Source of the DNA: Blastocladiella emersonii ATCC 22665
Lineage: Eukaryota; Fungi; Blastocladiomycota
Assembly: GCA_025594325.1 (NCBI GenBank)
Contig: JANHCV010000012.1
Coordinates: forward strand, 310,001 to 374,000
Direction: 5' to 3'
Length of the DNA stretch: 64,000 nucleotides
Below are positions 20,128 through 29,468 of the stretch, in pieces (the first letter of the stretch is position 1; every line of letters begins with the position of its first letter). Under the pieces are notes generated by a model that was given only the letters and a program-made list of their open reading frames with translations, made no database searches and was not told where the DNA came from. The position numbers were made by a program, and so were the translations under genes.

Positions 20128-20925
20128 ATGTACGACATTGTTGCCATTGACAACGGCTTTACACGCAACGACGATGGCGAGCCGCTGCCAATCCCCAAGC
20201 ACCCATTTACCATGAACGTCATTGGCGCCAAGGGTCAGGGCAAGTCAACGCTGATCGCGAACATGGTCTGCTTCCCGCACTTTTACAAGGGCCAGTTCGA
20301 CAACATCTGGGTGTTCAACCCAACATTCCACGCCAACGACAAGTACGAGTACATTGCCAGTCAACCGATCCTGCGACCGCCCAAGAAGGAGCGCAACGTG
20401 CTGGACCCCCAGGAGCGCGACCCGGACCGGCTCAAGATCAAGCCAAGCTGCATTGTCACAGACCCCGAGCAGTTCATCCCAACCCTGCTCAAGATGCGCC
20501 AAGACCTGACCAAGACGTTTGAAGAGTCTGGCAAGAAGGCGCTCCAGGACCAGCTGCTGATCATCGACAACGTGCTCGGGCTCAAGCTCCTGAGCCACAA
20601 GACGCTGACCAACTTTCTGTGCAACTCGCGGCACTTAAAGATCAGCTGCATCATTGGCGTCCAGCGGTGGTGTGCCCTGCCCAAGACTCTGCGTATCAAC
20701 TGCTTGTACAGCGTCGTCTACCCAATCTACGACAAGACTGAGGTCCAGACGCTGCACAAGGAGATTGGGTCGCAGTTCGACCTCAAGGAGTTTGAGGCCA
20801 TCATCGAACAGCTCTTTGACACGCGTACTGGCAACACAAAGCGACGCTTCCTGGGCGTCAACAACCAGAACCCGCCCAAGTACCGGCTCGTAGACAGCTT
20901 CAGCGAGTGGATCGTGAAGGGATAG
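20128..20925 (+). CDS. A32-like (FtsK-HerA) DNA packaging ATPase
   Basis: Walker A GAKGQGKST, Walker B LLIIDN, NSRHLKISCIIGVQ, LPKTLRINC. Confidence 0.92.
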   Translation: MYDIVAIDNGFTRNDDGEPLPIPKHPFTMNVIGAKGQGKSTLIANMVCFPHFYKGQFDNIWVFNPTFHANDKYEYIASQPILRPPKKERNVLDPQERDPDRLKIKPSCIVTDPEQFIPTLLKMRQDLTKTFEESGKKALQDQLLIIDNVLGLKLLSHKTLTNFLCNSRHLKISCIIGVQRWCALPKTLRINCLYSVVYPIYDKTEVQTLHKEIGSQFDLKEFEAIIEQLFDTRTGNTKRRFLGVNNQNPPKYRLVDSFSEWIVKG

Positions 20926-20965
20926 ACCGCCGACTTTTTTTTGTTGCAGTGTTCTAAACCAAACC

Positions 20966-22186
20966 ATGTCCAGTACCAACGCCCAGTTCTCGCAGGTCCT
21001 GTCCAAGACGCTCCCTCCCGAGATGTCGTTCACCCTGCCCAAGGAGTCTGTCTATGCCGAGCGCCAGACTGTCCAGTTCACGGCTCAGGGCGGCCCCGAG
21101 TTTGCTCCTGGCAACAGCATCAGCGTCCTGCTCCCGCCGCGCGACGACATGATGGACACGCACTGTACTTTCCTGCAGTTCTCAGCCAAGACCACGGACG
21201 CCAACGTCGCCTTCTGCAATGGTATCTTCAGCGTCATTGACTGCGTCCGCATCTACAGCGCGTCTGGTGCCCTACTCGAAGAGCTCCCGTACTACAACCT
21301 GCGTCAGCGCATTGAGGCCGACGTGACAGTCCCCCAGTACCTCAAGGACTCGTGTCTTGGCGTGGCACAGGGCTACTTTGCGTCCGGCGCCGACAAGTTT
21401 GCTGTCTTGTCTGGGCTGCACCGGTACATGCTGCCCATCAAGTCGGCCCTGCTGGCAAACCAGAAGCACCTCCCCATGAAGTACACAGGCGGTATCCGCG
21501 TCGAGTTCACCCTTGCGCCTGGCAGCGACGCTTGAGTGGTCAAGAACAATGCCATCCCGGGCTACACAGTCAAGGACGTCTGCATTGTCTCGGACCTGAT
21601 CAAGCTCAACGACCAGCAGATCGCGGTCATGGACGCGGCCTTCAAGAAGCAGGGGCTCAAGCTCTTTGGTACGACCTACAACCACCACTTCCTGAACTAC
21701 TCGGTGCCCAACTCAACGCTCAACGTCTCGGACCGCTCTGCCTCGCAAAAGGACATCCTGCTGTCGTTCCGCGACAATGCTGTGCTCAATGACAACTCCA
21801 AGGACTCGTTCCTTCGCGCCAAGACCATTACCACGTACCAGTTCAGCGTAGCCAGCCAACTCTTCCCTCAGCAACCTGTCCGCTGCGACGACTACGCGTC
21901 TGAGGCGTTTGTTGAGCTGACCAATGCCTTCCATGGCCACGTCATTGGCGCTGGCCTCACAGTTGACAAGTTCAACGCGCCGGCCGAGGGTACCTTTGTT
22001 GTTGGCCGTGACCTTGAGTCGAGTCGCACCGTGGTGAGTGGCGACAAGTCATGCAAGTCGCGGGCCGTGGACATGCAGGTGATCCTGACTTCAAGCGTGG
22101 CCCCAAACCAGCGCGTGGACGCCTTCATTGGCATCGACGTGGTCTACGAGTTCCTGCCGACTGGCGAGATCAACATCTACAAGTAA
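20966..22186 (+). CDS. Double jelly-roll major capsid protein, PLV type; one in-frame TGA at 21533-21535
   Basis: 20966-21535 and 21536-22186 are contiguous in frame (406 codons); FCNGIFSVIDCVRIY..GALLEELPYYN, LPMKYTGGIRVEFTLA, YQFSVASQLFPQQPV; position between ATPase and minor capsid. Confidence 0.85.
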
Positions 22187-22228
22187 CGGCCCTGTCCTTT
22201 TTTTTCTTGCGTAGAGTTAAACCCCGCC

Positions 22229-22495
22229 ATGATCTTCTGCAACCTATGGACCAACTTTAGCAACGTGCTTGGCCAAGTCGGGTCCTTTGTCAACAAACAC
22301 ATGCCAACCGTGCTCAAGGGCGTCAAGACCGTGTCCAAGTTCTTTGAGCGGTCGCACAACCCCGCCGTGAGCTCCATTGCGCAGATGGTGACCAAGGGCG
22401 CCGACCTCGCCCAAGACATTCACACCTGGTACAACCGACCAACGAGCGAGATTTTTGAAGCAGACGCCGACGACACAGGCACGGCCGTACAATAA
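22229..22495 (+). CDS. 88-aa viral protein with amphipathic N-terminus
   Basis: Own upstream T-tract and ATG; LWTNFSNVLGQVGSFVNKHMPTVLKGVKTVSKFF shows helical hydrophobic periodicity. Confidence 0.65.
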   Translation: MIFCNLWTNFSNVLGQVGSFVNKHMPTVLKGVKTVSKFFERSHNPAVSSIAQMVTKGADLAQDIHTWYNRPTSEIFEADADDTGTAVQ

Positions 22496-22513
22496 ATTGT
22501 TGTCTTTGTTTAA

Positions 22514-23257
22514 ATGTCCGAGTACAAGACGCTGACCATCTGCAGCCGCGACCTCAAGAACGGCATCCTGTACCTGCCACGACCCCTGTCCGTGCGCGGC
22601 GTCAAGGTCAACTCGGCGTACCTCTGCAACAGCTGGCACACGGTCAACTCCAAGGCCAACAAAGTGTACCTGACCCAGAGCCGAGGCGCGCTGACGTTCC
22701 CTGGCACCATCACAGTCCCCGACGGCAACTACACAGTCGATACGTTCACAGCCACGCTCAAGAGCCTGCTCAACAACGCGCCCTTGGCGTACCTCTGGCA
22801 GGGCACCTGGGACGTCCAGGTTGACTCGACTACCCAGAAGATGCGCCTGGCCAACGACACGGTCGACTTTACAATTGGAACAGGGACGGCGTCGCTGAAC
22901 GTCCACATGGGCTTTGTTGGAGCGTATGGCTACAGCAAGGTCCAGTACGCGTCGGCGCTGGTCAACATCTCGCCCATCAACCTGCTTCACATCTACTCGC
23001 GCAACCTGGGTACCTGGCTCGCAGACAACATGTACAGCGCTTACCCACAAGACAACGGCGTACTTTGTAGCATCCATGTCACGCAACCCTTTGGCAGCTG
23101 GTTTGAGCATCGACCACACATGGGTGACTACTTTCGCTTTGACGCGCAGGGACAGGCCCAGCAGATTGACTGTATTGACATTGACGTGGTAGACGAGAGC
23201 CTGCGCTCTGTTGACTTTCTCGGCCAACCCTTCTACGTCGAGCTTGCGTTCATCTGA
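22514..23257 (+). CDS. Minor capsid (penton, single jelly-roll) protein
   Basis: LTICSRD, VKVNSAYLCNSWHTVN..NK, TITVPDGNYT...LKSLLN, LHIYS, IDIDVVDE..VDFLG. Confidence 0.8.
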   Translation: MSEYKTLTICSRDLKNGILYLPRPLSVRGVKVNSAYLCNSWHTVNSKANKVYLTQSRGALTFPGTITVPDGNYTVDTFTATLKSLLNNAPLAYLWQGTWDVQVDSTTQKMRLANDTVDFTIGTGTASLNVHMGFVGAYGYSKVQYASALVNISPINLLHIYSRNLGTWLADNMYSAYPQDNGVLCSIHVTQPFGSWFEHRPHMGDYFRFDAQGQAQQIDCIDIDVVDESLRSVDFLGQPFYVELAFI

Positions 23258-23288
23258 CGTTGACTTTTATTGTTGTCTTACTGTAAAC

Positions 23289-23390
23289 ATGATCCTCGAG
23301 ACGCTCCTTGTTGCGACCAACGCCCTGATCCTCGTAGCCAACCTGGCCATTGTCGGGTACACAAGCAAAGTATTCCGCGTTGTAGAGTAA
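23289..23390 (+). CDS. 33-aa hydrophobic peptide (not in ORF track)
   Basis: MILETLLVATNALILVANLAIVGYTSKVFRVVE*, preceded by the same T-tract and TAAAC-ATG context as other viral genes. Confidence 0.5.
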   Translation: MILETLLVATNALILVANLAIVGYTSKVFRVVE

Positions 23391-24033
23391 GCAACAACAT
23401 GTGCTTTAAATTCTTTCTGCAAAGGCATAGTAAGACACAGGACAATGAATACTGGCTCTACTGCATCAACGCCCCGCGCACCTTCCACGAGCATCCCTTG
23501 GACTGGCCGTCTGGGCCCCCAGTCAACAGCCAACTACACGGCCATCCGCGACGTGGCCCTGCCAGGTGCCAAGGTTGTGTACACTGTCTGCTTTGAATAG
23601 ATCCTTCAAGTTAACTTGGTTAGCTACCTTGAAGCCTTTACTGGTCGCTCTCAGACTACCCGCCGGTATGTGTACTTGTGCCCGCAGCATGGGTACACAA
23701 CTTGGGCCCACAGCAGCTCATTGTCGTAGACCCAGCTGGGAGCATCGTAGTGATCGCACGGCGGCTTGGGCAGGGGAACAATCTCTTTGATACAGCCTCG
23801 CATGGTTACAGTAGTCCAACAAAGTTTAATTCAACAAACGCGTTCAACACACCTGGCATGACGTAGCAACGGGACACACTACGGCAATGACATAAAGTAG
23901 AAATAAGGGGTGCTCCGCCCTGTCCAGGAAGCGTTGGCCAAGCGCCTCCCAGACTGCTCCATGCTGGAGGTCTCCTTTCATGGTGGCCAGCCACTAATCA
24001 GAGTTCCAACACGGAGCAGGCATCATTGCTAAT

Positions 24034-24222
24034 ACTCATCGAACCACACAGCGCCAACACACCCAAAAGCCTGTGGAATACTGTTGGTATCCCACAGTGA
24101 CTCATCGAACCACACAGCGCCAACACACCCAAAAGACTGTGGAAGACCGTTGGTATCCCACAGAGACTCATCGAACCACACAGCGCCAACACACCCAAAA
24201 GAGAGAGAGAGAGAGAGAGAGA
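24034..24222. repeat. 66-bp tandem repeat x3 followed by (GA)11
   Basis: ACTCATCGAACCACACAGCGCCAACACACCCAAAAG at 24034, 24100, 24166; GA run 24201-24222. Confidence 0.9.
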
Positions 24223-24574
24223 GGAATGGATCAAAGAGCACTGCATGGGTAGCTAATCCAAGCAGCATCCATGATCCAGACCAAGACAGGAGTCAACCAA
24301 GTCTATTGCTGTGCACAAGCAGATAGCCCTGTAAAACTCAAGCCAAAGGAATAGGGAAGTGGCCACCCACAATGTTGGCCATGCACCCATACCAGAAGCC
24401 TACTGCAAGCATTGGGCGCATTGCAAAGATGGCCTATACACTTGGAGCAGGGCTTGAGGCAGTGAATCTGTGACATGGCTTTCATAGTGAGTGGCAAAGA
24501 GCAGTTCTCAGGGCGGGGGGAGCGGGGGGTTCTTATAGGGCCAGGGTTAGCGAAAAATCCCTCACAGGGCCCTG

Positions 24575-24705
24575 ATCTGGCACCCCCGACCCGACCCCTG
24601 ATCTGACCCCCGCCTGACCCCGTCACCTGACCCAGTCACCTGACCCCGCCTGACCCCCACCTGACCTGGCTGCCCTGACCCTCCATGACCTGGCACCCCC
24701 AACCA
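24575..24705. repeat. CTGACCC(C)-rich short-repeat cluster
   Basis: About ten TGACC motifs just inside the right TIR. Confidence 0.75.
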
Positions 24706-24710
24706 CGGAC

Positions 24711-25428
24711 GGACCCGCCGTCCCCGCCCGCTCCATCAAACCGTTTGCTGTAAGCCATGGACGGGACTGGACGGGACTGTCCATTGAAACTCGCTCGGGG
24801 TAAGCCATGGACGGGACTGGACGGGACTGAAGGGGGTCTTTGACCTCTCCAGACTCGAAAGGGGGGGGGAAGTTGTCACTCGAGTGGTCACTTCCCCCCC
24901 CTTTCCCTGCTAACTTTTCAAAACACCCCCTTAGTGACGTCCTGACGTCCACTGCTTAGCCCGAGCGAGTTTTCAATGGACAGTCCCGTCCAGTCCCGTC
25001 TATGGCTTACGGCGAACGGTTCAAAGGTGGTGGCCACGATGAGCCATCCGGGGCTGGTCGCCGACCTGGGTCGCCGCTCGCGTTCTTGGACCAGTCGCCG
25101 ACCTCTCGTGGAATTATTCCGAGAGCCTTCAAGGGCCTATTGCCGCGACCAAGTCGCCGACCAAGTCGTAGAGTGACTCCGTGGTCGCGTCGCCGCGCCG
25201 TTCATGTGCACGTGATCCACGTGACCCGCCCGCCGCCGCCCGCCCGCCCACCTGCTTCGGCCTTCGGCCTCCGATCCGGGTGGCGAAATCCCTAAGGATA
25301 TCGCTATATTCATTATGAGTCACTCGGGGTAAGCAATGAGATATCACGTGGGTTAGCCCGGGTGGATAGAGTCCAGAGGCGAAGTCCCTAAGGGCAGCTG
25401 CGTGCCGTATCCCTATAGGGATACGGCA
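24711..25428 (-). repeat. Right terminal inverted repeat
   Basis: Reverse complement of 8833-9603, with a diverged subterminal segment near 25300-25377. Confidence 0.95.
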
Positions 25429-25429
25429 C
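25402..25429. repeat. Right terminal perfect palindrome GTGCCGTATCCCTATAGGGATACGGCAC
   Basis: Same 26-bp core as the left end, extended to 28 bp. Confidence 0.95.
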
Positions 25430-25496
25430 CTCACTCTCTGACTTTCTGCTTTTCTTGACGCAAAGAGTGCGGGGCTTTGCCCAAGCTATAGGCGCT

Positions 25497-28400
25497 GCGA
25501 TTTCGTTTTGACGCTCGTCACGTTACAGTCACACTTTTCTCTATGACATCACTCCCCGTGTCGCGTTGCGCCACTTCGCTTCGGCTCTCGCTTCCGCTCC
25601 GCTCCCCTCCCGTTTGCTCTCCTTAATCGATGATGCTGAATTACTCTACGCAATGGATCTCATAAATCATGAAATCGACGGCAGGCTGGTCCCGTCTCTC
25701 CTGCAGCGCTTTGGGTGGCGCTCGCGCGGCAACGTGCTGTGCTCGACTCGGCCGTTGACTTGAGTGTTCCGCTGGCACCGCTTTTGCACTCTGCTCTTGC
25801 TACTGCACAAGTGCTGCTTAGGCGAGCTCGCCGAGTGGAACAGCGTGTTGTGGGATGCTTTCACGGTACCTGGGCCTTTCAGTGCCTTGTTTCCCGTGGT
25901 GACCCAGGCTCAAAGGCGATGCTATTTGTGTTCTAGTTCTTCCCCTTGTGTCGAAAAACTCGTTTTTCTTGACCGCCGTTGCCGCCACTATACCGCCGTT
26001 GTGCCCGCCCGGCGACCCCTCGCGTCCTGTTCACTTGCCGCGGGACGTTTCGCTGAGGGAAGTGGCACAACGAAGTCGCTTAAACCCTCGCGACGAGCGG
26101 TTACGCGGTATCTCTGCTTCGGCGGCCTGGGATTCGAACTTCATCACGAGCGAAGCGCACATCTGGCTTTGCTCCAGCGCAATCACGCGCGGCTCATCTG
26201 CTGCGCTGCTGGCCGCTTCTTACCTCGACCCTGCTACCTGCACAGCGGCGAAACGTGTTATCGATTCACTAAGAACTCCTTGTCAAGGTCTACCGAGCAA
26301 CTGGAGGCGAGAGAAAGTCGGCTGAGCAAACCGTCGCGACCGCGGTTGGAACCGTTGATGCTAGCTTTCCACCGACGGGCGTGCGTCAGTACAATTTTGC
26401 CAATCCTCACGTTCTCCGGGGTTTCGCACGACGATGAGGATCGCTCCGTCAGCAACTTTCATCAGGCGAACAAGAGCGAGACAAAGCGCTCCGCTCATGC
26501 GCGCATCACAACAAGACGTACACGATATCCATCCATCTGCGCTAGAGTGCCTCGTGTCGCTGTCAGCGACATGCCGTGGGCACCGTAACCCACGTCAATC
26601 CTTCGCGATCCTTCCACCATAGATCCGCTTCATCCGAGCTCTGTTGTTCCGTGCCCAAGGAGGCGAGCTCACGCGAGGTCTCGAGCTGGCTCATGGCGTG
26701 CGACGCGAACGGAATCATCGTTGGTCGCGTTCTTAGCGGAAAATCGACGCGTTAGTCGAGATCGAGTCTTCGCGTGCATTCGTTGTGCATGGTACATTCT
26801 GTTAGTTCACGATCGCCGACTGCTCTATTTTCGGCTCATTCAGAACACCAGCATGCTGAAATGAGCGAGTGGCTCGCCTTGACGCGTCTGTCACAAATCC
26901 GATCTCAGTTGCCTTGGGCGCGCTGGAACTACGCGCCTCGCGCGCGTATGCTGCATTGAGGCGATGTTGAGTGTAATCGGATTGGCGCCCACAATCAAGT
27001 CGCGCTAGCGCTCGATCGAAGCCACCATCACTCAAGCCAGTTCGTGTTTGTGCGGGCTTGATCGCAACTCGCTCCACAAGGAGTCGCTCCCGCAACTTGA
27101 ACAACGATCCGCTCAGCGACCTTCAGCTATCTCCGCCACGTCCGTAGTCGACTTGATCCACCTCAAGAGCAGGAAGACGCACAAAAGCGCGAAGAAGGCA
27201 TGTTGCAACGGCCCCAACGCGTGGTTCTGACGCGTCACGACTCTTTCTTTCGAGCCCCTTTGAGTAATGCGAGTCAGAAGCATGTTCTCAATCTGCACTA
27301 CGTCTGAAGCGAGTTCCGTGTCTCTCAGTTCACAAATCATGCAGTTCCTTGCATCGCGCGTCCACGACGCGTCTGGAGTGCCGTGTGATCGCGGCGAGAG
27401 GGCACTTGGGCAAAGCCCCGCACAGTTGACACCCGAACGGAGTGAGTGGTGGAGGTACTGGCAATGACGCGATTTCGTGGCAACGCTCGTCACGTTACAG
27501 TCACACTTTTCTCAATTACATCACTCCCCGTGTCGCGTTGCGCCACCTTGCTTCGGCTCTCGCTTCCGCCCCGCTCCCCTCCCGTTTGCTCTCCTTATTC
27601 AATGAAGCTCATTTACTCTATGCAATGGACTCCATAAATCATGAAATCGACGACGCGCCGGTCCTGTCCCACCTTGGCGCCTTTGGGTGGCGTTCGCGCA
27701 GCGAAGTGCTGTGCTGTGCTTCGTTCGACCGTTGGCTTGAGTGTTCCATTGGCATCGCTTCCGCACTTTCCTCTTCAAGGTGCACGAGTGCTGCTTAAGC
27801 GAGCTCGTGAGCGGAGAAGCATGCCGCGGGATGCTTTCACGTTGCCTGGGCTTGCAGTGCCTTGTCTCCTGAGGTGACCCAAGCTCGAAATTCTTGCTCA
27901 TTGTGTCCTTATCCTTCCCCTGCTGTTGATGGACTCGCTCTTCCTGCGCCGCCGCCGCCGCCGCTATTACTACACTGCCGTTGTGCCCGCCAGGCCTAGC
28001 GTCGCGTCGCGTTGCGTCGCGTCCTGGCTACTTGCCGCGGGACTTTGCGCTGAGCGAGCTCTATTTGATGCGCGCTGCGAATCATCATGACGTTTGACAT
28101 TGATATGCTTCCCATGCAATTTGTGCACGTCGACCACTGCGCAGCTGAAGGCGAGCGAAAGTCGGCTGAGCAGGCCGTCGCGGCCGCTGATGCCAGCTTC
28201 TCACCGACAGGCGTGCGTCAGCACGAGCTTGACAGTCCTCCCGTTCTCGAGGTTTCGCGCGACAGCGAGTATTGCTGCATGAGCAACTTTCGCCAGTTGG
28301 ACAAGTCTGAGACGAAATGTAACGCTCACGCGTGCATCATGATGCACACGATGTTGATTAGCGCTGACGCGTCCCACGTCGCAACGAACGTCATCCCGTG

Positions 28401-29324
28401 GTCCGCCCTATCGCTCGTCGACCTTGCGCAACCGTTCCACAGTAGGCCCGCTTCATCTGAGCGCTCTTGGTCCGTTTCTGAGAAACCAAGCTTGCTCGAG
28501 GTCTAAATCTAGATTGTGGCATGCGATGCACACGGTCACATTGTCGTCTGGTTTCTTAGATGAAAGCTCGTCGCGTTGCAGGAGACCACGGGGAAGTTGA
28601 GTCGCTGGAAGCGTGCGCTAAGTGAAGGAAGTCTTTCTCGCACATTTTTGCGGTTGTCAGCTGCTCCCTCCACGGCGCGCGCTTAATATGAACTTCTCGC
28701 TGTCCGTGGTCGAGCGGCAGCCCGTCGCGCTCACGCACGTCGCACGTTTGAGCTCAACGGCCTTGAACGCAGGATGGTCTAGCGCTGCAAGCGTAAGGAC
28801 TATTCTGGGACGCGTTTGAAAGCACTCGCCACCCATGGCCAACCAGCATGCCGCGCACAAGTGCTCCATCAAAAACACCATCACTGAAGCGTGGACGGCC
28901 GCGTTTGTGTGCGTGAGCGCAGCTCGCTGCACAATGATTTGCTCCCGAAGCTGGAAAAGCGATCCGGTTGGCAACCTTCAGTTTACTCCGTCCCGTCCGT
29001 AGTCGACTTAATCCAGCTCAACAGCAGGAAGGCGAGAAAAAGCGAGAGAAGTAGGCGTGTTGGGACAGCTCCAACGCGCGGTACTGACGCGTCGCGACCC
29101 TTTCTCTCATGCCCCTCCATGTAACGCGGATCCGAAGCACGGTCTCAGTCAGCGCTACTACACCTGAAGCGAGTTCCGTGTGTTCCACTTCATTTGTGCA
29201 GTTACTTGAATCACGCGTCCATAACGCGTCCGTTGCGCCAAGTGATCGCTGCGAGAGGGCTTTTGGGCAAAGCCCCGCACAGTTGACACCCGAACGGAGT
29301 GAGTGGTGGAGGTACTGGCAATGC
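25497..29324. repeat. Diverged ~1.9-2.0 kb tandem duplication of degenerate coding sequence
   Basis: Units start GCGATTTCGT...ACGCTCGTCACGTTACAGTCACAC (near 25497 and 27470) and end GGAGTGAGTGGTGGAGGTACTGGCAATG (near 27466 and 29322); shared ASALASAPLPSRLLSL peptide; broken frames. Confidence 0.8.
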
Positions 29325-29468
29325 TCGTTCGTTTCCGACGCGGTGCTCACTCGCGCGTGATGCCGCGTGCGGCGAGGCTTGACTCCGACCACAAGCAATT
29401 TTCGAGGGAGCCGGCGCCATTCCCTTCGCGCTCCCTTCAACCCCCTCCACACATGAATCTAATGCAGA

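Larger units (their letters stand above)
8833..25428. mobile_element. Endogenous Polinton-like virus (PLV), apparently full length, ~16.6 kb
   Basis: Long TIRs at both ends enclose intronless, tightly packed genes for MCP, minor capsid, A32-like ATPase, TVpol-SF3 helicase, tyrosine recombinase, rve integrase and fibre. Confidence 0.92.

Noticed and set aside
11725-21535. Reassigned genetic code (TGA as sense)
   Set aside because: TGA is the apparent true stop at 18308, 20101 and 23257 (the latter two directly followed by T-rich intergenic tracts), and one interruption is TAA.
8833-25428. Classical Maverick/Polinton or virophage
   Set aside because: No protein-primed PolB, no cysteine protease, no TSD or AG...CT ends seen.
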